Assembly: GCF_009914755.1 (NCBI RefSeq)
Contig: NC_060937.1
Strand: one strand, 5' to 3'
Length of the DNA: 64,000 nt
Source: the human T2T-CHM13v2.0 reference genome, Homo sapiens
Shown: positions 14,545-28,460 of the stretch, piece by piece
How positions within the stretch are numbered: the stretch's first letter is position 1
Layout of the letters: each line of letters starts with the position of its first letter
Made by a program: the position numbers and the translations under genes
Notes under the pieces: generated by a model
Seen by the model: only the letters and a program-made list of their open reading frames with translations
What the model was told of the DNA's origin: nothing
Databases searched by the model: none

Positions 14545-14692
14545 CTAAGAGTTTTTGAAAATAAATATAAAATCATAGTGATTTTAGTCTCATTTAAGTT
14601 TCCAAGTGCTGTAAAGAAAACTGTAAAACTCAAAATGAAGAAATAAGATATTCAGATCTTCTGACTGTAGTAATTTCTCACCTTTCACTTAC

Positions 14693-14758
14693 TCAAAAAG
14701 CTTCCTGTAATTTTAAGTTTTTGCCAAGTACATGTCTTTCAACCGTAAACTTTCACAC
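14693..14758 (-). pseudogene. Candidate decayed exon D (66 nt)
   Basis: Acceptor attatattgtag, donor TGA|GTAAGT (alternative AAG|GTGAGA at 14682); V*KFTVERHVLGKNLKLQEAF*. Confidence 0.35.
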
Positions 14759-16293
14759 CTACAATATAATCCAGATGGAGAATTTATGCTTGTTGAATAC
14801 TGAGGCAGATCTATACCATGTTACACAGTGAAGGCATTCAAGACAGCATTTAGTTTGATATGAAGCTGAAACGTTTAACAGAATTCTTTTCCCCCCACAT
14901 GCTTTCATCCTGAAGCAAAACTAGCCAGGATCAGAGCTACTTAATTTGCTATCTGGGGAATTTATATCATCCCAGTTTTTTTTTTTTTTTTTCAATCCTG
15001 TTTAGAAGTGATGCTTTCTTCAACAGGGACCATTATAGAAAAAAATTGCAGAAGTTTACAAGCTATGACTGTAAAAGGATTTATAAATTAGATGGATCCC
15101 AGAGTAGTAGCAGGAGTTGTTGTTTCTAGAATGGAAAACATTTTCTACAATTAAGGACAAAGTTCGAATATGCCTTTCTCTTTTTTGTTGCACTGATAGT
15201 ATTATATCTAGAGAGATTTTTAGTATTATAATTTATAGGTTGAAAAACAAGTTTTCAAATTATGTTTTTTTCCACAAAATAGATTCCTATTGAGACATAT
15301 ATACATTTAATTTTACTTTCATTAACAACTTTTGTTTATAGAGCCTTTTTGTTGAGAGAATATTGTTTATTTTTCTAAATATATTAGAAATGAAATTGAA
15401 AGATGAAATGAAGTTTAACTAGATGGTGCTCAAAGAATCACAGTCAGGAACATGGATAACCATCAACCCAAATGTATTTACAATGAGTCACTACCTACCT
15501 GTTGAACAAGGTAATGGTGTAATTAAAATGATGTTTTATGAAGACTATTTCAGCAGTTGTATGTAGGATAGATGGATGGGATCGCATAATTTCAGACAGC
15601 TACATCCAAAAGATTACTTGCCACTTTGGCATGGAATTCTGCTTTTGTATGGAAGTCTTGGCTCTAGGAAAAACTGAAGGTCTGGCTCTGAGAAAAGCTA
15701 TTCTCAAATTCCCAAAGAAAAAGATACGGGTGAAATAAATCAATTAATAAAAAGGCAGTATTAGAAAGGAAAGCAGCAGCATTTAAATTATATAAAAGAG
15801 TAACACATTGATTTATTTCAGAAAAAGCCAAAGGACAAAGACATGGAAATGATAAAAGAAAAAAATAGAATATTAGGGTAACTTTAGAATAGCTAATACC
15901 TAAATAATGAAAATTCCATGACTAGAAAAAGGAATAGCTAACAGAAATATCTATAATTAAATAAATAGAGAAAATCGTACTGAGCTAAAAATAAAAAGAC
16001 TTACATTTTGGTGTAAAAGATTTCAAAAGGACAAGTCAGTAATACAGAGTGTTAGATAGAGATAGACAAGTATTGAGAATCACTATTTTTTCTTTGGAAA
16101 TTTAAAATTACCCCATGCACCTGTGAGTTTACTTCAGCCTGCCAGGCCCCTTGGCATACAGTTTGGAAACTATGAACTTAAATGACTGCAGGTCAGGTCA
16201 TCTGAGTTAATATTTAGGTTGTGAGTATGCTTTCTAAGTACACTACCCATATGAGCTTATCACTTGTGGACCAGTTAGATAATAAGGCATAAG

Positions 16294-16847
16294 TGTATTA
16301 GGGTTCTCTCGAGGGACAGAACTAATAGGATATATGTATATATGAAAGCGAGTTTATAAAGGAGAATTGATTCACATGATCACAAGGTAAAATTCACAAT
16401 AGGCCGTCTGCAAGTTGAGGAGCAAGGAAGCCAGTGGTGGATCAGTCCGAGTCCCAAAACCTCAAAAGTAGGGAAGCTGACAGTGCAGCCTTCAGTCTGT
16501 GGCCAAAGGTCCGAGAGCCCCTGGGAAACCACTGGTATAAGTCCAAGAGTCCAAAAGCTGAAGAACTTGGAGTCTGACTTTCGAGGGCAGGAAGCATCCA
16601 GCATGGGAGAAAGAAGAAGGCTCGAAAACTCAGGAAGTCTGCTCTTCCACCTTCTACTGCCTGCTTTATTCTTATTGCACTGGCAGCTGATTAGATGGTG
16701 CCCACCCAGATTGAGGGTAGGTCTGCCTCTCCCAATCCACTGACTCAAATGTTAATCTCCTTTGGCAACACCCTCACAGACACACCTAGGAATAATACTT
16801 TGCATCCTTCAATCCAATGAAGTTGACACTCAATATTAACCATCAAA
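16294..16847 (-). mobile_element. MLT2A-type LTR (3' LTR of HERV-L)
   Basis: tgtattagggttctct..gggacagaactaataggata ... aagttgacactcaatattaaccatca. Confidence 0.9.
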
Positions 16848-17845
16848 AGGCTACCCCTTGTCAACTTGAACCCATACACATCTCCGGAAATCATACATAA
16901 TCTTTAAATAAAGACAATAACATAATATAGCTATCTTTATATTATGTTAGGTATGGTTATACCTAACATAATATAAAGGTATGATTATACCTAACATAAT
17001 ATAGCTATCTTTACTACAACCAGAAGTGTACTAATCCTTAACCTAAATGCTATTACATGGAGTTAACAACACTTAAATGCTGATATGAAGTCAAATCTTA
17101 TGTCACATGATAAAGGACAAAGAAAGGAAATAAAATGAAGATATTTTCTTAGTACAAGTGTATACATGCACAACCATATTCTTAACAAAATAAGGAGATA
17201 CTCATGACAATTACCGGCCTCATTTCTGCAACTGGTCACATGATTATAGCTGGTAGTAATGACTACCTTCTTCTACTAACCCTTCAGTATTCCCTTTGCC
17301 TTCAGCAAGCACCTCAGCAAGTCGTGGTTTTCACGTGGTGGAGTGACTTCATTCCTGAAGGTCTGGGCCATTTGTAGTTCTCCCTGGATTGGGCTGTTGT
17401 AGTTTCCCATTGACCTTAATCACAGGGCATGGTAATACTAAGAGACGCCCTAAGGGATCTCCTGTATTCCATGCATACTCTTCCTTACCTCCACTGTGGT
17501 GTAGTAGACTGATTTCATCTTGATATTTCAGGTCAATCACCCCAGCCAACACTGTAACTCCCTTCCGAGCCTGTTGCCTTAGAGGCAGGAGGAGCACAAA
17601 GTGGCCAGGTGGCAATCTTACATTCCAGTGTAATGGAATCATTGTTGTGTCTCCTGGTGGCAGCATTCCTCCTTCTGGAACTAAAACGGTCTAGGCCAGC
17701 AGAATGTTGTGTCAAGGGAACAGGAAGCAAACATTTTGCTAGTAGGTCACTAGGGGTGATGGTGAGTGGTCCCACTTCTACTTCCACCCCTTGATTCCTG
17801 GACCCGTGCATCCTGGCTGTGGGGGAAACAGTACCATATACGCTA
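16848..17845 (-). mobile_element. HERV-L internal 3' fragment (integrase end, dUTPase, PPT)
   Basis: Purine tract next to the LTR; ORFs 17349-17666 and 17533-17850 resemble HERV-L pol end/dUTPase; no 5' LTR seen. Confidence 0.88.
17349..17666 (-). pseudogene. HERV-L dUTPase remnant
   Basis: MLPPGDTTMIPLHWNVRLPPGHF..KGVTVLAGVID..YQDEISL..WNTGDPLGRLLVLP resembles retroviral dUTPase motifs; frameshifted relative to upstream pol. Confidence 0.8.
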
Positions 17846-18090
17846 AGCATTACTCAGTGCAGACACATTGCAACTCTGCGGTGATGCCTAGTCCCCTAAT
17901 GTGTCGTGTGTTATCTTCATGTTACAAATAACACTCAGGTGTAATAAACATTTCAGGATGACCAGCGACTTCTGCAACGATATATTTCCCCTGGATTTTC
18001 TGACCATAAGGCAAAACTAAAATAATCTAATAATAAAGATCAAACTAGAATCAGTCCTCCAAGATCTAACCACTTAGACTTAAAAATTAA

Positions 18091-18407
<317 letters not shown>

Positions 18408-18603
18408 AAAATTACACATTTAAAGAAGTCACTTGGATGAGACAGCTCTCAAGCATCATTTTCTTCAATAATGAGTAAGTCAAACTTAAGTTGTCAACCC
18501 AAGAAGCTTGTTGGAAAATATGGAAGTTAACAGACATGTGAATTTTCCTCATTCCTTTCCCATAGAGGAAGATGAGAGCATAGGAGTACACCCCACACGA
18601 AAG

Positions 18604-18812
18604 CAGAGGAGGACAAACTGTTTCTTGGGCAAAATTCAACCCTTTGCCCACTTTATAAATAAAATTTTGTTGGAACCCAGCCCTGTTCATCTTTTAAATA
18701 TTTCACAGGGCTCCTTTTGAGCTGCAGCAGTAGACTTGAGTAATTGCAACAGAAACATACAGCCCTTAGCATTCACCATCTGAAACTTTACAGGAAAAAT
18801 TTGCTGACTCTG
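18604..18812. mobile_element. MER58A-like hAT DNA transposon
   Basis: ataaataaaattttgttggaacccagcc..ttgagtaattgcaacaga..tttacaggaaaaatttgctgactctg. Confidence 0.7.
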
Positions 18813-19481
18813 CACAAAAGTGTGTGCTCTTTCATGAACTATGCACTATAGGAGCCTATTTATCAATCATATTGGACCTGGAAGAAAGACAAGTGACCCA
18901 GGAAAGTATCAGAAACTAAAAAGACAGAAGCACCCATATTCATCATAGTACCAATGAGTAACGCTAACATTGTTTTGTCTTTAGAATGTAACCTCTACTG
19001 CTATTCAGATAGAGGTATGACCAATTCTCTGTAAATTCACCTCAAACAAATTATTAAAGCCCCATGGTAAAAATATGTTAGGGAGAGATTAAAAAAAAAA
19101 AGTACAGTTCTGCAGTATAACCCAACTTCTGCCACACATTTCTGAGCTACGTCTCTTCCCCTGAAGCTGGGAATAGACGATTGAGTTGCAGCTTCATTAT
19201 CAGCATCAACACAGCAAGTTTCTGTTTTGAGTCCTCCATGGCCAGCCTATAGACCATCTATAATTTCAAGCAGAGTAGGTATATAAAGGCAAGGTTGCAT
19301 CCCAAAAAGATGAAGCTTGTTTGAGAAGACACCAATATTTAGAGAGGGATAATAATTTTGGAGACTTATGGTTGATATTAATGTTCTTAACATGTAGTGG
19401 CTACCTTTGGTTGTCAAAGTAATCAGCTTGTGAACTGGTTTTAAGAAAATATTTCCAGTGTAGCTGATACAAGATTAATAC

Positions 19482-19585
19482 CTTCTTTCCTGACCCACCA
19501 CTCCTGTTATGATTTTGAGTAGAAGTTTCCATATTGTGAAAGAATTTTGCCTCAGCCTTCGAGAGAATATCTTATCATGAGAAAT
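19482..19585 (-). pseudogene. Candidate decayed exon C (104 nt)
   Basis: Weak acceptor ttttaaaaaatag, donor AAG|GTATTA; phase 1 to 0: FS**DILSKAEAKFFHNMETSTQNHNRSGGSGKK. Confidence 0.3.
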
Positions 19586-19829
19586 CTATTTTTTAAAATT
19601 CTTATGCAGTGGTTTTGAACCTCAGCACTCTAAATTGGGTTAACAAGAAATATTATTTCTTTTTCTTAACTCAAGTTAATTTCCAGTTTGTAGGCCCTGT
19701 GAATTGTTCACTGACTGCTCCAGCAGAATATTTTATAATAGACATTCTAGGGGGTGCTCCTCTTGAGGGACCCTCTCTTCTCCAGGATTTTACAGTAGTT
19801 TCTGTGTCTTAGATAAGCAAAACACTTAC

Positions 19830-19890
19830 TTGTGGAAGGCACTTTCTGGATTCTGGTTATCTTCTTGACATCGTACAAATAAATTGACCT
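19830..19890 (-). pseudogene. Candidate decayed exon B (61 nt)
   Basis: Acceptor tcattttatttaaaacag, donor CAA|GTAAGT; phase 0 to 1: RSIYLYDVKKITRIQKVPST. Confidence 0.4.
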
Positions 19891-20019
19891 CTGTTTTAAA
19901 TAAAATGATTTCAAATAAAAGGTCCTCCATTATTTTTCCTCTTGATATTTTCATGTCTGGCTTAAAACCAACATTCTAAAATCAATAGAAAATCATTAGT
20001 TAAAAATGTAACCCTCAGT

Positions 20020-20180
20020 TAGTATTTAATGGGGACAGAGTTTCATTTGGGGAAGATGAAAACTTCTGGACATGGATGCTGGTGATGTTTACACGGTGTG
20101 AATGTACCTGATAGCACTGAGATTAAAAATGTTTAATGAATTTTATCACAACTAAACAAATAATATTCAAAGTAAAAAAA
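20020..20180 (+). mobile_element. L1MB-type 3' end fragment
   Basis: tttaatggggacagagtttca..ggaagatgaaaacttctgga..gtgaatgtac. Confidence 0.7.
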
Positions 20181-20259
20181 TAGGACAGGTATTTTTACAG
20201 TAAGTTATTACATACATTAAAATAGGTAGTTTCTAACAAATATGGTTTCCCACTTTTTG

Positions 20260-22060
20260 TGACTTTTTATGGGAAACTGTCTCAAATTTATTTCATGAAG
20301 CTACTAGATACCTGATACCCAAATCAGATGAGGTGTTTTTTTAAAAAAGGAATAATAAAGCATTCTCGTTCACTGTCATAAATGTGAATACCAGGACAAA
20401 TATTAGCAATCGAAATCTGACAGTGTATGAAACAAATAATCCTTCATGAATAAATTTAATTTTGCTCCATAGGTTCAATAATGTATTCATATTAGATAGA
20501 CATTAATATATTTTGCCATAAAAATAAAAACATTTGATGAGGTCATTAGATTCTGTGAAATCAGTCACACGTTTACGATTTCATAAAAATCAAGTTTTAA
20601 CCAACTCGGAATTGCAAAAATATTTCTTAATGTGATAACCAGTTCCTATGCAGATCTTCCAGCTAATGTGTTAAAGTTGAAGCATTGGAAGTATTCTGGT
20701 TAAAATTTGGATCAAGACCAGGATGCTTGGCAACATTGCTTCTCTTGAATGCTGTTGTGCAGATCCTAGCAAGAGGAAAAATAAATAAATAAAATATATA
20801 TGAATTGACAACAAAGGGAAAATAGCCCATCTTCACAGACAATATAATTTTGTCCTAGGAGGGAAATCTAATAAAATATTCAATGTGATCAATTAAGTTA
20901 ATGTAATTAATATACTTAATAAGGTGATCAAGTTTGCTAGATATATGATCAATATAAAAACATCGATTGATCTCTATATCTTAAATATGAAACTTTATAT
21001 AATGTAATTTTATATAAAGATGTTAAAGAGCAACAAAAATTATGTCACTTAGGACATGCTTGATTTAACCAACTTGTGTACAATATTTGAAAGAAAACTA
21101 TAGCATTTTATATTAGACTATATTAAGAAATACTGAATCTTAATATTGTAAAAAAGTCAATTCTCTTGAATTTAATATGTAATCAATATAATTCTAATAA
21201 AATATTTAGTATTTATTGCATGATAGGGAAAAATTGTAAGAATATCTACTTCTTCAGAATACCAATTCTATGTACATATTATAGGCCAGAGAAACTTTTA
21301 CATATGTATCCAAGGAAAACAGGCAAGTTTTTTTTATTTTTTTGAGACAGGGTCTTGTTCTGATAACCAGGCTGGAGTGCAGCGGAGTGATCACAGCTTA
21401 CTTTGGCTCCTACCTCCTGGGCTCCAGTAATCTTCCCACCTCGGTCTCTGAGTAGCTGGGACTACAGGCATGTACCACGACACCCAGCTGATTTTTCTGT
21501 ATTTAGTAGAGATGGGTTTTCACTTTGTTGTGTAGGCTGGTCTCAAACTCCTGGGCTCAAGCAATTCTCCTGCCTTGGCCTCTCAAAGTGCTGGGATTAC
21601 AGACATGAGCCACCACACCCAGCCACAAGAATATTCTTAAAAGAATATTTGCAAACAATGAAAACTAAAAATATGTTAATCAAAATAAGAATAAAGTATG
21701 ATATGTAACATAAGTTATGTCTTACATGACAATAAGAATAAACGAGCTACCCATGTGAATATGAATGAACACAATATTCAACAAGACAGAGTTGATAGAA
21801 GACATGCTATATGATAAGATTTATACATAAATGAACAAATAACATATTCAAACATAAGTTATATAATTTTATAGTAATGATCACTAAAGTTAGGATGGTG
21901 ATTAGTTGTAGACAGAAGGGAGAATAGGTCTAGATCAGGTAAGGGATTTCATTTAAACTGGGAATGCTATTGAGAGGCTGGGGTTGAGCACTTTCTTCAT
22001 AGGCTGGGTTGAGTACTTATTGTGTCATTTTTGGAATCTTACTGTGCCTTAACTCTTTTA
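20260..22060 (+). mobile_element. Degraded L1M ORF2/3' remnants, interrupted by an AluJ
   Basis: RT-region remnants (ccagctaatgtg..gaagcatt..aagaccaggatgc; ttcacagacaatataatt; gatcaatataaaaacatc). Confidence 0.55.
21328..21624 (-). mobile_element. AluJ
   Basis: gagacagggtct, gatcacagct, ctcctgggctcaagc J-type diagnostics. Confidence 0.92.
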
Positions 22061-22329
22061 TAATGAAGTAAAAATGAGCATAATACAAAGAGAAAATTAC
22101 GCCAATAAACAAAAGGAAAGTCAGGTGACCACAAGAGGTAAACCAGGAAGACTACGGCTTGGACAAAGCTTCCTGAGCCTACTCTGGCTCAGAATGATTG
22201 GAAAGGGTCTTGGGGAGTAAGGAAGAGCCAGCAGATTTCAAAATAGAAAAGAAAAGTTAAGGGCAGGGAGATAAAGTATATCAGGGAAGACAAAGAGACT
22301 AACATGTAAAATGTAGTTTTAAGAGAGAT

Positions 22330-23095
22330 GGCAATCCCTTTCCTGGAACACTGATAAGCATAGGTGTTCAGTGAAACCCAACTCTTTGTTGTTTGCTGGA
22401 TATTAATGATGGATAAGACAGAGACTTGGTCTTAAAGAGCTTATTATAATTTAATGGAGAGACTGACATATAAAAATGATGAAACACATATATGTATGTT
22501 GTGTGGTACTGCACATGATGTGACAAGTAATTTTGCTAGGATCTTTGAGCAAGAGTGGGAGCCCATCCTCCTCACAGGGCATTTCAGTTAATTGCAATAA
22601 TACTGAGTTTTGCATGGACAGAACTAAGATGTCATTTCACTTGGCTAGAGTTTAAATTACACAGGATAGGCATTGGGGATGTTTGGGGAAATTGGAATGG
22701 AGGAACTTTCCACTGGAATGGAGAAGAGACTGCAGAGTTGGTTGAGGTCTGGTTATGAAGTGCCTCAAACTCATTTTGGAATTTTGGCAATGGAAAAGCT
22801 GAGGCATGATAATCATATTTGGCTGTGGGATGGGAGAAGATGACTGTAATGGTAATGCACAGGATAAATTAGAGGAGGGAGAGACAAAGGACAAAATTGG
22901 TTGGGAGGGCATTGAAATGAGATGCCGCTGGGATTATGTAAGTTTGGCCCATCAGAGCAGGCTGGCATTGGGCAGTGTGTCTGAGTCAAAAGACATTTCA
23001 GAGGCACAAGGGAAAATAGAACTGAGAAAAGGTACATGCAGAAGGCAAAGTGGTTTTCAAACTTCTGACTTGGACAACTGGGAAGATGCTTGGTA
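22330..23095 (-). mobile_element. L2 fragments
   Basis: gagcttattata..ggagagactgac; tttggcaatggaaaagctga; ttctgacttggacaactggg. Confidence 0.5.
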
Positions 23096-23396
23096 GATCA
23101 AGAGAGAGAGCCAGATTATAAATGTTTTAAATTTGATGCATTTTGTTATAAGTGCACAGCACAGTGAGTTACCACAAAGTGAATGTAATGCTATCACCAT
23201 CTCCCAAATAACCCTTGGTTTTTAGTGTGTTCTTTTTGGGTGGACAGATGCACTCCCAAGAAAGCCTATTACATGGGTGAACTTCATGATAGTCTCTCAG
23301 GATGTCTAGAAGATTCTTAGTTAAGAATAAAGACCCAATGGGACTCTAAGGTACTCCTATTTGGGAAGTCGATTTGATTTTGGAACACTAGTGGCT

Positions 23397-23397
<1 letters not shown>

Positions 23398-23440
<43 letters not shown>
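23398..23440. repeat. (GT)21 microsatellite
   Basis: Direct reading. Confidence 0.97.
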
Positions 23441-23441
<1 letters not shown>

Positions 23442-23844
23442 ATATGCAAATACAGATAGAAAACAAGAGAACAGAAAGCACAAAGCGTAGGAATACAGCT
23501 GCAAAACTGAACTGAAGGGGTTATTTCTAAGATATTTAGCCTGAATAGAAAAGATTGCAGAATACTGCATCAGATATTTGTTTTTTTCTAAAAGAGGTAG
23601 AAGAAAGGAAGGAGGAAGATATGATGGGAGGAAGGAGAGAGGAAGGGAGGGAAAAGAAAGTTTCTTCAGCAGGGACATAGACTGTAAACCATCTTACAGA
23701 AAATAGGTGTGAAAAACTGGTTTAAAAAGCTATTTTAAAGATTAGAGAACTGAAGCTCATTGAGGTAAGGTCCATTTCCAAACAATCAGGCAAGAGAGGA
23801 TATATTTGAATCCAGAATATCTTAACATAGGACACATATTCTTT

Positions 23845-24402
23845 TTTAAAGATTATAGATTCAAGGGGTGCAGGAGGTACATGTACAGGTTTGCTACATG
23901 GGTATATTGCATAATGCTGGGGTTTGGGCTTCTATCCATCCCATCATCCAGACAGTGAACACAGTACCCAATAGGTAGTTTTTCAACCCTTAATCCCTCC
24001 CTCTCCTTCCCTTTTGGAATCTCCAGCATCTGTTGTTTCCATCTGAATGCCCATGAGTACATTTTGTTTTGCTCCCACTTATAAGTGAGAATATGTAATA
24101 TTTTATGTTCGTCTCTGTGTATAGTCATTTAGGTTAATGACTTCTGGCTGCATCCATGTTGCAGAAAAGGGCATGATTTCATTCTTTTAATGGCTGCATA
24201 GTATTCCATGGTGTATATGTGTCACATTTGCCTTATCCAATCTGCTGTTGATGGACACTTAGGTTTATTCCATGAATTTGCTATTGTGAATAGTGCTGCA
24301 ATAAACATACAAGTGCAGGTGTCTTTTTGATAAAACAATGTCTTTTCCTTTGGGTAAGTACCCAGTAGTGGGATTGTTGGGAAAAAGGGTAGCTCCATTT
24401 TT
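23845..24402 (-). mobile_element. Old L1PA (PA16/17-like) 3' end
   Basis: ggtacatgtacaggtttgctacatgggtatattgc..cagtacccaataggtag; ORF2 tail homology (ORF 24222-24470). Confidence 0.85.
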
Positions 24403-24419
24403 AGAAATACATATTCTTT

Positions 24420-24552
24420 TTTTGTGTGTGTGTCGCCAGGCTGGAGTGCAGTGGCGTGATCTCGGCTCACTGCAAGCTCCGCCTCCTGGGCTCACACCAT
24501 TCTCCTGCCTCAGCCTCCTGAGTAGCTGGGACTACAGGCCCCTGCCACCACG
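24420..24552 (-). mobile_element. Short AluY right-arm insertion
   Basis: caagctccgcctcc..caccattctcc; 17-bp TSD AGAAATACATATTCTTT at 24403-24419 and 24553-24569. Confidence 0.9.
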
Positions 24553-24744
24553 AGAAATACATATTCTTTATTATTGCATTATATCACCCTCCCTGGGTGG
24601 AATATGTCCCCAAGAAAGACATTTAATCATATTCTTTTTGGACATTAGATCATTATTTTATGTCTGTATGCTTGTCTTTTCAGTTACAAAATTTAAGTTC
24701 ATTGTATATTTACTTAAACAGCAAAACAATAGTAATACAAATTA

Positions 24745-25885
<1,141 letters not shown>

Positions 25886-25972
25886 AATATACTCTATTAT
25901 TGTTTTAAAGCAGCTAGCGAAACCTACATTACAGATTTTCAGCATATCCTTGGTAGGATGAATTAATATTAC

Positions 25973-26149
25973 CTGATATATATGATTTGTAATTTCACTT
26001 ATTACTCGAGAAGCTAAGATACCATCTATCTCGGTTACATTAAGATAATTTGTCATTGCGAGAGAATATCCAAGTTCTGAAACTTTCTTTTTCAACATTG
26101 AAGGATTAACATCTTAGACCTTCAATCTTTTATTTGGAATGTCTGTCAT
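25973..26149 (-). pseudogene. Candidate first coding exon A of a decayed gene
   Basis: ATG with A at -3; MTDIPNKRLKV*DVNPSMLKKKVSELGYSLAMTNYLNVTEIDGILASRVISEITNHIYQ; donor CAG|GTAATA; possible upstream acceptor before 26346; local CpG retention. Confidence 0.4.
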
Positions 26150-26584
26150 TTTTGAAAAGATGAAGAACCTTACACCTCAATGCAGAGCTACTTTTTCTTT
26201 CGGGACACGACTATGAAGGATACATGACATTTATTATCAGCTGGTGAAAGGAAAGGTCTGAGTAACAGCAGACGAAGTTCAGTGATAAATCTAAATATCT
26301 TTTCATCACATTTTGGACTATTTTTCTTTAGTTATTTTTGTTAGACCTGCAGCTCACAAAACAAAATTATTTCTAACACCATTAAAATGTTCTTCACACT
26401 TCAAGTGTAAATTCTTATTTGTTCTTAGTGTTTCTCTGAACAGAACAATTGTCTGAAAATAATGTCTAGCATGACTTTTCAGAGAAAGGTTAACAGAGAA
26501 TAGACTCAAAGCACAGCACAAAATTCTACTCTTTGCATTCTTCACTTTAGAAAACAGTTTAAAGTAGTTGAGTTACTTATAAAA

Positions 26585-26597
26585 GTGCATAGCAACG
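26585..26597 (-). promoter_or_regulatory. RFX X-box-like half site CGTTGCTATG
   Basis: catagcaacg on the + strand ~440 bp upstream of the exon A ATG; motif match only. Confidence 0.25.
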
Positions 26598-27589
26598 ACA
26601 GCTTCCTTTTAATGTACCTAGCTTCTTGAAGTTTGTTTAACCAGTGGTGGCACTACTGACTGATGGTCTATTTTCTTTAAAACACCAAAGAGAAGTGTAA
26701 TCTTCCAGAACAAACTACTATGTAACTTTTAAACTTTTTATTCTTCAGTAGCTGTCATAGTTTGGGTGAAGGCCACAAGTGATTTCTTCCTCTATTACAC
26801 CTGAAAAGTTGCATTCACATTGAGCTAAACTTCTCCAGAGTTTTCAGGAAGCTGAGCTAATGTTATTGAAAAAGTATTACTTAATAAAAAGGTTTTTTCC
26901 TTCGACTGAATGCCTGGAGACTAACATTAAGAGATAATCAGTATTTATCACTTAATCTCCAACAGTCAGGGTCTGGCTGGATGAGTACAAAGACAGAGAA
27001 ACTGTACCTGATACATATTATTATAATTCATTTAAAATGCAATAGGATGATATGCATCTTCTAGTGTATGACAATTAATTGTTAAAATTTTATATAACAT
27101 GAGAAAAAGCGTATAAGCTAAAAGCTTCTAGTGTTTGATGTGTGTAATGATTTGAGCCCCTTTCTCATTTTTTGAACAGTAATTAATGGGCAATTTCGAG
27201 AAGATCTGGATATATGTTTACCACCGTTGTCTTATTGAAAAATCTCTCTATATTATGAAGTATAGGTATTTTGATACCTTTAAAGCAGCACTCATTTACA
27301 TATTTTGAAGCTGCCTTCAATTAGTGGTTCTAACTTTTAAAATATATGAAATAATATTTATTTGAAAGTTTTATATTTTAAAACATTTATGTCTTTTGTT
27401 TTACAACGTAAACAGCCTGGAGACTTGGCCTTGTATCAAATGCATGACAATCTCAAACTTATCTCAATGTATTGGATCATAATTCTGAAAACTGAATGGC
27501 TCTTCATATCATTTTTTAACTTTTAACAGTGTTATTCTTCAGAGTCATCCACTCTAGACTGTTTTTATTCAACAATGCCAACTTTTAAG

Positions 27590-28085
27590 AAGAAACTTTA
27601 CATTGATCAGGAATAAATTCTCAAGTCCAAGTAACACAAAAAACTTAAGTTACAGTGACTTGATAATAGGGGTTTGTTTTTCTCACATAACAAGGAGTTT
27701 TCACATAACAAGGTTTTTGGTGGTATTGGTGGAGCAGTTAAACACTCTTAGGGCCAATGACCCAGTAATTTTGTTGGTATTTTTCTTATGGGAACAAAAT
27801 GGCTGCTGAAGCTCCAGGCATCACATCTTGAGCAAGATATGTATGTTTCATATACTCATGTTTACAACTCTCTCTCTCTCTTTTCTGGGTTTCGCAGGAA
27901 TATCCTTTGAAGTCTTCGTTTTACATCTATTTATATTTCAGGTGTTAGAATCAGTCACATTTATACTAAAAAGAAAGGGAACCTAGGTAGGCAGACTTTT
28001 GTTTATAAGCCCCTTTAGTAAGAAGGTGAAATATGACAAGGGTTTAGGAATGGTTTTCTGGTTGCTGGTTATATGCCTGCCACTA
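27590..28085 (-). mobile_element. Old MaLR LTR (MLT1J/K-like)
   Basis: ttctcacataacaag..caaaatggctgctgaagctccaggcatcacatc. Confidence 0.55.
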
Positions 28086-28460
28086 TTGTATTCCTCCTTT
28101 GAAATTATCTGAAGGGAAAATTTATTAACCTCATGAAGAATTAGTCACATTTTCCTGAAGTAAGTGTAGAAGATTACTCCCAAAGATTAAATATTTTCAT
28201 TTTCTTTCTTCTATTACTCTTTTTTTCAACCTCATGAAACTTGTGCTAATTAGGAATAGAGGAAACATGAATAATCATTGTATAATATGGTAGAGAGAGG
28301 CAATTTGGTGACTGAGACTCAAACTCGAGATTCTGTTACATAAATTTGTGTGCCTTTGATTGCCATGGTTGGATGGTGTGTATTTTTCCGACTTCCTAAA
28401 GTCTCAGTAGCAGAATTAGATGTTATAAGTACTGACTACCTTAAATAGTGTTTAAAATGA

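Noticed and set aside
15026-15130. Plus-strand exon-like segment after tttcttcaacag (DHYRKKLQKF..)
   Set aside because: No donor or partner exons; may be an ancient LINE (L3/CR1) remnant.
16380-16748. 122-aa and 86-aa ORFs
   Set aside because: Lie entirely within the MLT2A LTR.
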